Assembly: GCF_902652985.1 (NCBI RefSeq)
Contig: NC_047021.1
Coordinates: 35,154,001 to 35,218,000 of the forward strand
Direction: 5' to 3'
DNA: 64,000 bases
Origin: Pecten maximus
Taxonomy: Eukaryota
Part shown: piece by piece, positions 51,926-64,000 of the stretch
Layout of the letters: the number at the start of each line of letters is the position of its first letter
Numbering within the stretch: position 1 is the stretch's first letter
Translations under genes and position numbers: made by a program
Notes under the pieces: model-generated
The model's database searches: none
What the model saw: only the letters and a program-made list of their open reading frames with translations
What the model was told of the DNA's origin: nothing

Positions 51926-54900
51926 TTCATAGCTACCACTAACATGTATGCATTATTATTTATATATTTCTGTGATGCAATATGCTTCAACATATGAAAT
52001 AGTATCAACATATGACTGAAATATTAAATATCGAGTCGAATGTCTAGGATTAAATAGTGTGATTATCTTTGTCAATACACAGATAAGTTAGTTCTTCTCG
52101 ATTTAGATGTGTTAAATATAGGTTGGTTGTTTGACTTATGTGGATCATAGGTTAATTTTTCGATTAATTTGAATGATTTTTATTCATCGGAACAAATCAT
52201 AATAAATGTCTTTATGTGATTACCTAAAAAAAGCTGACGTGATTTGTACTGGTAGTGCACAAATACACACGTCCTGTGTGTGTTTACCTTTGTGTAAACA
52301 TAAAACTTACTACCAACTATCAACACCTAATGGATGATAAACTCACTGTCAATTATCTAATCACATCAGAATCTGCAGAGGAGACACATCACGCTCTATA
52401 AATATATATGACTCTGACTCTGTTACTCCTGTGTAATTTTTTTCACTTACGGCATATCCACTGATATATGCAAATGTCACGCAAAAATACTATTGTACCT
52501 ATAAACAAGTGATGTGTTTAAGTATGGATTTATCAACAGATACACGACAAACTGCATAACAAACAAAACTAAAGGGTATGAAAATAAAAATACACCCATT
52601 CAATATTACTTTCATCTACCTACCACAACTTCAGCGCATTAAACGACAAGTAATATAGACAGGTTGTGGGTTTGGATTTTTTAAATAACTTTTTTGACCA
52701 CACGATTATCTCTCGCGGTATGTAATATTACATTTTCATGAACACAACAAAGAAGCTATCCGGATATATGTCTGGCCTTGTTTGTTTATTAGGATCGTAT
52801 TTCCCGTGACGACACGTGACAAGGAGTACAGAAGGTCCATGTTGATGTTTCTGTGAAACCAGTGGCTGAGCGATTACAGAACTGTGAGTAATTACGTGTA
52901 TATTGACCTTTAACTATTGATGGTATCGGTATCATAATAAACTACAGGCTTTCAGTATACAATGATCGATACTCTGGAGGATATTATCTTTATAACACCA
53001 GGCTGATATCAACCGTATGGAAAACGAATGTTTGACATTTGCAGATTTGAAGAAATCTGAAGAAATATAAAGACGTAAATACATAAACAATGACAATATT
53101 TTGCTTGATAGACAGATGCATCTACATGTAACATTAACACAAATAAAATGAGACTAGCTTATACGTTTCTACTTTCGTTTTATATCAGTTTAACATTGGT
53201 ATCCGATGCACTGTTTATTCACGCACGGTTTAAATGCAGGCTAAGATTGAAAACGTTGGTTATCGAGTCATATTTCAGTCAAATATATAACTATTTCTAA
53301 CTTTCCTCGTGATCAAATCGTTACCCCGAGTTCTCAGAAGTCCTTCCAATTCGAGAATGTTTACTTTCGTTTTCAATATTTTCAATGTATCTAAGGTCGT
53401 CAATTTTGAATATACAATATATTTCAGTGCATATCATCTGGATATTCTAGAGATCAGAAGTTAAAGCAGAAAGATCCTCAATATGTTTCATGAAATTTGG
53501 AAAGTACATTAAATATATAGATATAGATATACATGTGTATTAATCTGGGACTATATAACTTGCATCACACTCTTCATGAAATTGTCTATTAAAATTCACA
53601 ATCTTTAGCAATGTCGCTATATTGATGACGTTCCATTTAAATCGCGGAAATGAAGAAAAATATTAAAACACCTTGAAAACTGTGTACATCTAATTCGATA
53701 AAGACTAGTATGAAAGATAACGTATATACTGACTGTATTACGATTACATTAGATTACATCATTGAAACAAAAACTGTTCAATGACAGTTTTAAAAGTCCA
53801 TATCTTACAGTTAAAATGATTGAATTCATCCGGCAAATTATTATTCAAATGGTCAATCAAAAATAATGTCTTATGAAATTGGTTCAGCAAGGGAAAGGGT
53901 CTTAAAGGGTATAACTAAAATATACAGGGGTTGTGATGATTTAATATTGGGGTACAAATAATCTACATGGGTTAGCAATCAAGGCAAACTAATATATTAT
54001 CCCATGGAAAGTCATGCTGATAAATAATACTTCAATATGATATTTTTCTGCAACTACTCTAACATCTTAGTGATGAATGTATTGGAGAAAATTAAAGATG
54101 GACACTTTTTGTATCCCAATTAAAAACAGGATTGTTTAGTTTGTGAACTGATTTTGTAGCAAACAGGGACACATGTTACATTTATTTTTGTAAGAAAACA
54201 TATTTGAACAAGTTGTAGCAAGTTGGCACGTGATATATAGTTACAAAAATAGTTGTTGCAAATTCACTCTCATCATCCTGTCAAACACATTTCACTTTGT
54301 TACAAAAATTGTTGTAGGAAATTGTGTAATAAACTGGCACGCCTCATCTGTTCGTCTGTGCGCCCTTTGATCCACAGTGCTTTATCGGGACATAACTCAA
54401 CTGATCTCTGCAAAACTTTGTACTCGTGTCAGACCAAAGTCCTAATTGTTCTCCCTGTTATTGGAAGAAAAACGTTTTCATAGTTCGAGGTTACCATGGA
54501 AACAAAAAGTCAAATAAAAAATTGACTGCAAATTTCCCACGGATTTCAGTTTAAACATTCAACTGATTTCTACAAACTGTGGGCTCTAGTTGTGCCATAG
54601 GATATATCTGTTACCATGGAAGGGGTAATGCTATACTGTGAGGCTATTATTTTTCTATTAATGCATTCCTGATAATTAAATAATCACGAAAAGATAATGG
54701 ACAAATAATAAAGTTAACCATGAACAACTATATCATCTGTCATTGTCCATGTATTAACATTATTTGCTTAATCGGACGGCCAAGATGACAAATGTATTTT
54801 CGACGAAAATTTTGTTTACACAATGCCATAATTTAAGTATTTTATACTTAACGAGCACGAACCTTTTGATTTGAAACACGTGTATATGTAGGGTTTTAAT

Positions 54901-54942
54901 TTGGACATCTTGATTCTAGGTAACACAGGCACCATCTTTAAC

Positions 54943-56970
54943 ATGGCGGAAGGATTTGTCCGGGAACAGTCGTCGGTAGATGGCTCCAGAAGTCAATCTC
55001 TGGATACTTTAGTACTGGAATGTCCTATCTGTCTGGAACAGCTGCGACACCCTAAGTCGCTCCCTTGTCTACATTCATTTTGTGAGGAATGCCTTGGTAG
55101 TTTCATCACCAATGAGTCGTCAGGTAAAGCTGCCTCGGCATCCTCATTCTCTTGTCCTGTATGCCGTCAGGTCACCGAGCCGATGAACCCGTCAGAAGAC
55201 AAGGAAAGTTGGGCCGGACAGTTTCCTACCAACAATCTGGCAGTCGAATTGATCCGACATTTACAAAATACGAATACGTTGATAACGTGCAAGCCTTGTG
55301 AGAAGAAAGGGAACACGAATGTACCAGCAAAGTTTTGGTGCCATCAAAACAAATCTTACTTCTGTGCAGCCTGTAAAATCGGCTATCATGACCTGTTTCA
55401 TGAAGAATGCGAACCAGAGAATATCACGGAATGGAACAAATCAGATACGATCCGAAGGCAGACGTCGGCTCATGGATGTGGAAAACATAAAGAGAATATA
55501 GAGTATTACTGTGAAGACCATCTGATTCTTGGATGTAACAAATGTATAATTATCGATCACCGGAAGTGTGAAGTAGTGACATCAGTAGACGATTTCCGGG
55601 ACAAACTGACACCTTCGAAATTCAACGATCTTTTTGAAGAGCTTCGGAAAAGCGCAGACGCAATGGAAACATTGATAAACGATGTCGCAGAACAGCTTCA
55701 GGCCATGACGAACGATCAAGACATCGCGCTACAAAGTTTAACAGACCTACGCAAAAAGATTAACGAACGTTTTGATACAATTCAGAAAGAGCTTACAGAT
55801 AAATTGATGGCATCTTTCAAGGAAGAGAAAGATAATCTTAATATGTCGAAACTGAAATGTGAAAGATTGATGTTATCTATGCAAAATACGCTGACGTCAT
55901 CGAAGGATGCCGCCTTGAAGGACGATTCCGTGGGGACGATCTGTCTTTTCCAGAGAGGACAGGAGGAGTTCGAGTCCTGTAAGGAACGCATAAAGGAGTT
56001 GGAAAAGTCGTCTAGATCCACCAGTCTGAGACACGAGTATGACCCCGACATACTGGCCGTCGACACCAAGACAAGCCTTACCATGGGAAAGATAGTCGTT
56101 CATCAACAACAGAGGAGACTACCATCTACTGCGTTCAGTACTCCATTGTCTGAACGTCTGATGAAGATAACGGGAAACTTAAACATCAAAGTTCCCTCTG
56201 ACAAAAAATACTGTTCTGCATGTGGAGTTGTTCTCCTGTCTGGTGGCCGTATTGTCGTGGGAGACCATGCAAACAACAAAGTGAAGCTGTTTACAGAAAA
56301 CGGGGATTTGCATTGTGAGGTGGGATTGAGTGATTCGCCTTGTGACCTTTGTCGTATTGATGACAATACTGTGGCCGTGATGCTAGTGACAGTTAAAACC
56401 ATCTGTGTTGTCGCTGTTGAGGATTTAACCTTGACCATCTCATCGGAAATCCTTATTCCAAACATCACTGAAGACTGTCTTGGTGTCACATACAACAACA
56501 CTAACTTTGTAGTTGGTACATTATCATCACTTTACAGTGTACCAAAATATGGGGGTCAAGCCACAAAACTTCATACAGTTGAATCAAGATGTCTGCATCT
56601 CGCCAGTAATCAGAACAATGGGTACGTGTTCGCTAGCTTAAATGAAACAACTCCTGACAAGGTGGCCGTGACACGACTGTCTGACAAGTCCATCAGAGAC
56701 GTATTGAAGGTCGGCACTGTGAAAAGAACAACAGGAATAGACGTAGACAGAGAGGGTAACGTGTATGTTTGTGGAGGTAGCTCACCAAACGTCATACAGA
56801 TGTCACAGGATGGAACCAACGTCAGGGAACTGCTGACGTTGTCAGATGGTATCAAACGTCCGAGGGCGATTTCCGTGTATGGTGATAAAGTAGTGATCAC
56901 AAATGAGTATTCAGACCAACGGAATTTTATTCATATGTTTCAGCTCATTGAAATGGCAACACAGAAATAA
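54943..56970 (+). CDS. TRIM-b2: RING - B-box - B-box - coiled coil - NHL-like propeller, single coding exon, 675 aa
   Basis: Open frame with the same motifs, ATG at 54943. A 1-nt difference at the b1 stop extends the C-terminus by EMATQK. Confidence 0.93.
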   Translation: MAEGFVREQSSVDGSRSQSLDTLVLECPICLEQLRHPKSLPCLHSFCEECLGSFITNESSGKAASASSFSCPVCRQVTEPMNPSEDKESWAGQFPTNNLAVELIRHLQNTNTLITCKPCEKKGNTNVPAKFWCHQNKSYFCAACKIGYHDLFHEECEPENITEWNKSDTIRRQTSAHGCGKHKENIEYYCEDHLILGCNKCIIIDHRKCEVVTSVDDFRDKLTPSKFNDLFEELRKSADAMETLINDVAEQLQAMTNDQDIALQSLTDLRKKINERFDTIQKELTDKLMASFKEEKDNLNMSKLKCERLMLSMQNTLTSSKDAALKDDSVGTICLFQRGQEEFESCKERIKELEKSSRSTSLRHEYDPDILAVDTKTSLTMGKIVVHQQQRRLPSTAFSTPLSERLMKITGNLNIKVPSDKKYCSACGVVLLSGGRIVVGDHANNKVKLFTENGDLHCEVGLSDSPCDLCRIDDNTVAVMLVTVKTICVVAVEDLTLTISSEILIPNITEDCLGVTYNNTNFVVGTLSSLYSVPKYGGQATKLHTVESRCLHLASNQNNGYVFASLNETTPDKVAVTRLSDKSIRDVLKVGTVKRTTGIDVDREGNVYVCGGSSPNVIQMSQDGTNVRELLTLSDGIKRPRAISVYGDKVVITNEYSDQRNFIHMFQLIEMATQK

Positions 56971-57505
56971 GGGGATTAAGGAACATTTTGTGGAATCCGA
57001 AAGACAATAGATGAGTTTGTATTATTTAGCTACACCTCATTCATTCAATTTTTTTTTTAAATTCTATACGGAATCTGTGAATATCAGTAATATATCATGC
57101 AATATGAATCCATGAAACATTATATACTATAGAGAATTTTCAATATATTGTAATTTTATTTGATACTTCAAAATAGGTATTTGCGTCCATGAACTGTGGA
57201 TTTAGGTTAGAGCAGCACATACATTCGTATAACAACACAAAGAACAAAGAAACTATAGAAACTATTGTTATTAGTTATATAATGTTATACCGTCATTTCC
57301 CGTGTGTTGCCCGCCCGCACAAGTCAAAATAATGGTTTTATAATTTAAATCTGCAGATAGCCCGTTTCTGTTCATTGTCTTTGAAGTTTTTGCTGCGTAA
57401 TAGAGCACACGTTCTCACAATCAGGGGAATCCCTTGCTGTATGTGTATTGCACTCATATTTGATCAGTGTTGCCTTGAGACGTGTACGTATTACTGAATC
57501 TATAT

Positions 57506-57620
57506 TACCATTCATATTTATATACATAGGTACCATTCATATTTACATACATCGGTACCATTCATATTTACATACATAGGCAATATTCATATTTACATAC
57601 ATTGGTACCATTCATATTTC
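57506..57620. repeat. 25-bp minisatellite, short allele
   Basis: Same unit as 34025-34530. Confidence 0.85.
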
Positions 57621-57879
57621 GCACTTGAAAGCAAGTCGGCACCTACTAGTACACCAGAGAAACATACAAAAAGGTAAATTGGATTTGACAAGTAATGTAT
57701 AGCCCGCAGTGTAATTTTTGGGGGATACATTTTGTCAGATAGTTCGCTTCAACATATAGCCCGCAGAAGGCATTTTTGTGGTTTAGATTGTATAGATCAT
57801 ACACGGGAAATTATGAAAGTCTTAATAGTTATATTCTCAAATAAGTCAAAATCCCCTTTTGAAATTACGTTTTGGCCTG

Positions 57880-58510
57880 TCGTTTTAGCTCTTACGTAAT
57901 ATGGTATGGTGCATGAGGGGTCGTTCGTCCGTCAACTTTTAGTTCTAGAAAAATAAATAAATAAACTGGATATATTGCCAGGGAGTACATGAGGCAGAGA
58001 TCTCTGAAATTAATGACCATGACCTTTTCTTAAGTCAAAGCAGCCAAATAGCGAAAATTTCATTGAGATAGGTATTTCTCAAGTGCTAGAAAACCTAGAT
58101 GACTGATATTTTGCAAGAGGATACAAATTGCAGGGTGCTATTAAGTTTCTTCATATCAATGATATTGATCTATCTTGAAGGTCAATTAATAAAAAATTGC
58201 CATTTGAGAAGTTCTTTAAGATGTGGGATACTCATATTTCGCCACTATGTATCTACTATGATAATTAGTTAGTGCTATTATATGAATATAAATGATATTG
58301 ACCGATTTTCCAGGACAAAGGGGTCAAATATGTTGAAACCGTCAACAATCCTCTATCAAAGTTCCAGAAGACCTAGAGGTCAGATGTTACCTAGTGTCTT
58401 GAAACAAATAACCTTGACCTATTTAAAGGGTAGAGTGTTCAAAATCAAGAATCTTAAGACTAGAAGACCTGATATTTGGCCAGTGCGTACCAGCAATAGG
58501 GTGCTGTAAA
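57880..58510. mobile_element. Degenerate interspersed repeat (Helentron/HINE-like), unit 2 only
   Basis: Starts ttttagctc, has cgtccgtcaactttt and tgacct motifs. No counterpart in unit 1 between ~34600 and ~34885. Confidence 0.35.
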
Positions 58511-60033
58511 TTTTTTTCTCATAATGTCCTTTACTACCAGTATATCCAAAGTCACTTGGGTGTAATATTTAACGGTTCTTTGAGGATCTTTGAAAACTTT
58601 GAAAATTCCTGATATTGAATGCTTTTAGGTTTTCGCGAGTGAATGTCAAAATTGTCAAGGTCCAGTTGGGTAAAATCCTTTATTTTTTTATTTCATTTTA
58701 ACAGCTAGCAATACAATTTTCAGTGATATATGGATTGATATGGGGTGATTTAGATATGTATGAAAAACATCATCGGAGGTAATTTTTTGGTATCGCATGA
58801 ATGCGAAACCACACGTTACAATTAGCTCTTTTAGAAATAGTGTATGACTTTCCTTGACACATTACTAACATAAGGTTGACATAAAATCTCGAGAGAGTAT
58901 TTTCCTATTATTCCGTACTACCCCTGTGAGCGATTGAGGCCTTTTTGGGTCTCTTGTTCTGATATTGTGATTTTTGAATATCCATTTTAATGACAATTAT
59001 CGTGATACATGTATTTATATCTATTCTTCGCACCATATCTGCATATCTATTAATTGTTCGATGTTTTTAGCTTTGTTTCTAAGTATATTAAATGCAACAA
59101 AAAGAAAATTGAATGGTTTCCCGTTAACATATATTCCACGAGTATGACAGAATATCGATGTTTTCACGAGTGCACCATATCTGCTTTGTTTTTGGAGAAA
59201 TGTTTATATTAAGAAATAGCAAATATTGATACTTCAAATGAAGTTGAAACAATCGATACAATTACTGAGAGTGATAAGGCTCATTCTTGTTCCATTCAAC
59301 TTTCCTTGTCCTGATGGTACCCGTTAGCTCCTACTTGCTGTATCAATATCTCACAATAATTTGATATCACGATTTCTTATAACACAGTATATTTGTATAT
59401 GGCCGTGTACTTTTTCAAGTGTCTCCATAAAAATCTATGTATTAATTGTTCATATATTGTCATCGTTTTATCGATTATAAATTAGAATTACGATTTCATT
59501 TACATGCTTGTCTTCTTTGTTATTTATATCTTCTTTCTTTCAAGAGTGAAAAGATAACCACCATTGCTACCTACTAAGAAAAAGTGATTTTTATTTGAAA
59601 AGCTTACAAAACTCAAATGCAATTGATAAAACTCAAATGCAATTGATGAATATTGATGTGTTTGCAATCAAATATCTTTGAATTAACATTTAACAAGAAC
59701 CCTGTCCTTTGAACACTTTAAAACACAATTGACAGTAAAAAATGGTCAACTCATTCCGTACCGTTGTCGACTATAATTGACATAATTTGAAGCTCCCTCT
59801 TTCCCATAGTAATCGACAGGATAGGCTGACGTTATTGTTACCCTTACAACAGAAGAAAGTTTTCAGATGACCCCCAGATATAGATTCCCAGCATTCCAAA
59901 TTTCGAGAGCCACTATGTGATCTAACTATATACTAAGTTTAAGATTGTTCATGGATTCCATCGAAATGGCTTATTCTAATCATGCTTCCTTCTGCATTAC
60001 TCCCTGGAAGAATAGCACATTGTAACAATGTTA

Positions 60034-62106
60034 TCATTCATATAAAAAGTTGAGGTCGATACCATATTCCGTGATCTCTTTGTTAAACATGGCGTCCAAC
60101 CTTTCGTTTTGCGCAACTGTGAAGTAGTTCTTCCAATCGCCTACACATCCTGGAAAAAGATAATTTGATAAAATACTGTCCGTATGTCTGACTGTCGATA
60201 TTACAAACTTTTTATAATGCTTAAACGTCTATAACATTATACACAAAATTGGACAAAAAAGGTTTGTTTAATGATAGTTTCAATGTTTACATATATTACC
60301 TTTCCTGTAAATAGGTAATCGCCCGCCATTGCCAAAGGAATTCCAAATCTTAGTTTCTCCTGCCTTGGTGTCATGCTCCTTTTGCAAATTTGCGAATTCA
60401 ACTGCCCTTTTCACTTCGCATAAAAACGATTCTGGTCGATTCAGCTGGAGGAACTCTACCAATCTAGTGATGGTGCCGTAAAGGTTCTGGAAAATGAGCG
60501 TTTACTTTTGGTGTAAATTTATAGTTGTACAATTATTCAAATGTGTCAATTTTAATAAAATACTCCAGATAGTTTCTATGACTTCTTCATCGATATATTG
60601 AAGCATTAGTTACTTCATAACAGCGATGCTATGAGAATGCTCCTTAACATTTATAAAGAGGAACAGACATGTTTCTGTTGACAAACCTGTTTGATATCTT
60701 CATATTCCAGAAAGAGAACGTTTAGTTTCTGATTCGAGAGTTTGGCCTTCTCCCATTCTCTTACGTACGAAAACCAACTTCCACCAAAGAGTCCAACTAA
60801 AATAACAAGAAAAATCGCAACGGTTATTGCTTTGGTGTGTAAAAGATAGTTTTAGATGTAGTTTCAGAACGGAAAACTACGTCTTTGGTAAGATAAACGG
60901 AAAATTAATTTTAAAGGAAGTAATTTTTAATTCTAAATTGTTAAAGTATGTATGAATTAAATAAGTCAACATAACAAAGAGGAAATACTTTCACTTCTGG
61001 AATCAAAATAAATGATAAACACAAATGTTTACATTATTTTTCTTCCAAGCTTTTAATCAAATTGTTCAGTTTATTTATCACATTTGGCGTTACACCGAAT
61101 GACCTTAACTTAGACTAAACATATAACATAATATGAAATAAAGCTATTGAAGGGTACACACACTCGTCCGATAGACAAAGGTTGAAAAAGCCATTAAAGT
61201 CTCTTCATATATCGTGCCTACAACTCGCTTATAGTGTTCATAATAATATACTATGGTGTCCTTTGGATTCCGTAGAACATGGACTATCTTCACTTTGCCC
61301 TGCCTTGTCATTGCTGGGATCAGTGGGTAGGTAAGGTGTGTGTGGAGCGCTCTGGGAGAATCAAGCTGGTCAATCTCGCTTGATGGATGAAATTCGATCA
61401 TGTAAGGTGTCCCTTGATACTTTAGATATTCTGTTCGTATCATTTGTATCATGTTATATACCCAATGTGTTCCTGAAACGATACGGCAATGTTACAATTA
61501 GTATGGAGGAGCCATGTAGTTTTGTCGCAAAAAAACCCAAAAAAAAACCAACATAATATTAATAAATTGTTTTTTTTAAGGTCTTTCTTTTACGGTGTTC
61601 GGTGTATAAACTATGCTTAACACTAAACATTTTGTCTATAGAGATAAACAAAATCATGTCAACTTGTTAGATATTACTATAGTGCCACATAAGTTTTAAA
61701 AAATGACAACTTTATGTTAATATCTTAATTTCAATGATAATCAATGAAATCAACGATACTCTTCATGGTGACGTTACATGGAAAATCATTACCGGATTTT
61801 AGGATTTTGTTGACGTTAGTTCCCAAGACACAACATAAAAATAAAATGAAATCTTATATCATTATATATAAATTCACATAAAGTTGGTTATACAAATGTA
61901 CAGAATACTAGTTAATATAAATCGCTATATATACCTGATTTAGGAAATGAACATAACAATACATCATCTGGTCTGAGATGTAGTGATGACACATCCTTCA
62001 GTTGGTCTTCTACGTTTCCTGGAATGTCGGGATGGAATTTCAATCCTTTGTAAGGTTTGAATCGAAGAGTGTTGCCATGAGAGTCAGTAGAAGTTTGTGG
62101 CTTCAT
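60034..62106 (-). pseudogene. Cytosolic sulfotransferase copy R: ATG and promoter present, 1-nt frameshift in exon 2
   Basis: Exons 62106-61935, 61472-61162 (311 nt versus 312 in copy L), 60796-60687, 60486-60300, 60149-60034. aaagtctcttcat at ~61203 versus aaagtctccttcat in copy L. Could be a consensus error. Confidence 0.8.
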
Positions 62107-62417
62107 TTTGAACACCTACAAACAATATTTAATATATCTGATGACGTAAATGTATTCGCGTGTTCTAGTACAGAAACTGATACAGTCCGAACCCCCACCC
62201 CTTCTTTTCTGCAATATCTATCTGACCTCTAGGCCCTTAAAGTAGACAACACCCTCAAGATGTCCCCGCTGATAAGTTGTACCTTTTCGGCCCCGCGAAT
62301 GGATCAGCCCGGCGATTCTAAGATTAGCAATACTCCTAACCAGTCCTCTCGTTTAGCGTAATAAGTATTTTGGCTATACGGTGCATGGACTATAAGTTGT
62401 CTGCCTTAAGAATAAGA

Positions 62418-62735
62418 CATTAAACATTCAGAATTTGAAGATTGCGCATTAAACATTCAGAATTTGAAGGCTGCGCATTAAACATTCTGAATTTGAAGGT
62501 TGCGCATTAAACATTCTGAATTTGAAGGCTGCGCATTAAACATTCTGAATTTGAAGGTTGCGCATTAAACATTCTTAATTTGAAGGCTGCGCATTAAACA
62601 TTCTGAATTTGAAGGTTGCGCATTAAACATTCTGAATTTGAAGGTTGCGCATTAAACATTCTGAATTTGAAGGTTGCGCATTAAACATTCTGAATTTGAA
62701 GGTTGCGCATTAAATATTCTGACTTTGAAGGTTGC
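62418..62735. repeat. 29-bp minisatellite (cattaaacattctgaatttgaaggttgcg) x~11 upstream of SULT copy R
   Basis: Direct reading. A single related monomer lies in the inverted paralogue at ~3320-3350. Confidence 0.92.
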
Positions 62736-64000
62736 ACAGTTCGGCATAAGATATTCAACATTCAGAATGTGGATGTTGTGTAGTTCTGCATTCAGAATTT
62801 GAATGTTGTACAGTTCGACATTCGCCATTCAGGTACAGATCGACGTTCGCCATTCAACATTCAGAAATCTAATGTTGTGTAACTCAACATACGACATGCA
62901 ACATTCAAGTTTCAGGATTAGAATGTTGTGTAACAAGACATACAGCATTCAACATACATAATTTGAATGTTCTGCAGCTTAACATTCGACTTTCAACATT
63001 CGAATTATGAATGTCGTATGTCGTATGCTCCATGTTGAGCCAACTTCAAACAGCTATAGGTTTGTAATCAATATGTCATAATCACCACTTCTACAAAAAC
63101 AATTCAATATTGAATGATGCTTTAGTCGATTACATGGGGTGATGAATTGAGTTGCACTAGAGAGAAAGTCAACATGAACTGCTATTGAGACAAATTTAAT
63201 AAACTGCGAAGCAGTTGGTGTTGAATTAGGCTCAGGAGCAACTGAATCACGCCTAAGCATCACATTTACCATCAAACAATATCCAAAATATTTAAGACCT
63301 TGGTTACTTTACTTGTTTAATTTTGACTATCTTTGCTTCAACATGTCCTAACAAACTGCTTAAAATTAAAAAGACAATCGACCTTGACATTTGACCGAGG
63401 GACCTTTACCTTTTGTCTGCTGACCAACATTTTTTCGTAACGGAGACGGACTAATATAAGTAAATAGTACTTGTTTCTGAATCCGACTATTTGCGTTATT
63501 TCATCAGTAAAAAGATATACAATAACCTTGACTTTTTTGGCCAAGTGACATTTGGTTAGTTGTTTTTTTTATTTGGACAAATTTTGAGCTTTATCTTTGA
63601 CCTTAATTTTAACCATAGTATGTGTTTAAATAAACTGAGAATCATGATGAAATTTCAAGTATTTCAGTCACTGGAAATATATAATATTCCACATATTGAT
63701 ACAAGTGTTAATTATTCCAAACTTACACCAAACAGCTTAGAAATTCATATGGACTTCTATTGTCTTGATCATGACAATAGATTATAGTTCTATAGGATAC
63801 CTCTTGTCATTTTTAACTTCTTACAGTACATACTATAGAAACCATGATTTCCAGTCATTGCCATTTAATGGAGGCGGAATTACGGTTTTAAGTGTCAAAC
63901 TAGGAATCTCAATCTACCAGTTGAAGATCCTTAAGCATATAAATACGTCATTAGTAATACTTTTACATCGCATAAAAATATGTTATCTAAATTAAATCGT

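Larger units (their letters stand above)
39410..59315 (+). repeat. Segmental duplication unit 2 (paralogous to 16270-35745)
   Basis: Same order of TRIM-a, 21-bp array, FReD exon, SINE/tRNA and TRIM-b. Confidence 0.95.

Noticed and set aside
63054-63995. Short ORFs at the window end
   Set aside because: No recognisable motifs. The region has ttgacct-rich degenerate repeat character.

Overview
AT-rich eukaryotic (animal) genomic DNA. The gene and repeat content (intronless RING/B-box/NHL TRIMs, a fibrinogen-domain exon, a V-domain-like tRNA-SINE, palindromic MITEs) suggests a mollusc, probably a bivalve; this is an inference. The window is a rearranged paralogue cluster. It holds four cytosolic sulfotransferase (SULT) loci: a lone first exon, an inverted pseudogene, and two near-identical 5-exon copies ~49.4 kb apart. 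It also holds one intact tRNA-Cys(GCA). Between the two SULT copies lies a ~47 kb block made of two ~23 kb tandem units plus a partial third cut by an N-gap. Each unit reads [37-bp G-rich minisatellite - TRIM-a - 21-bp minisatellite element - orphan fibrinogen exon - tRNA-Cys split by a SINE - TRIM-b]. The main observations are: (1) the SULT gene itself forms the direct repeat bracketing the TRIM block, and the two copies carry complementary lesions that excision or long-range splicing would repair; (2) the TRIM paralogues have a homogenised RING/B-box half and a diversified beta-propeller half; (3) a SINE is inserted inside a tRNA gene; (4) a VNTR is built from a putative splice donor; (5) minisatellites sit at rearrangement junctions. 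All alignments were made by eye. Haplotype or assembly artefact cannot be excluded without reads.
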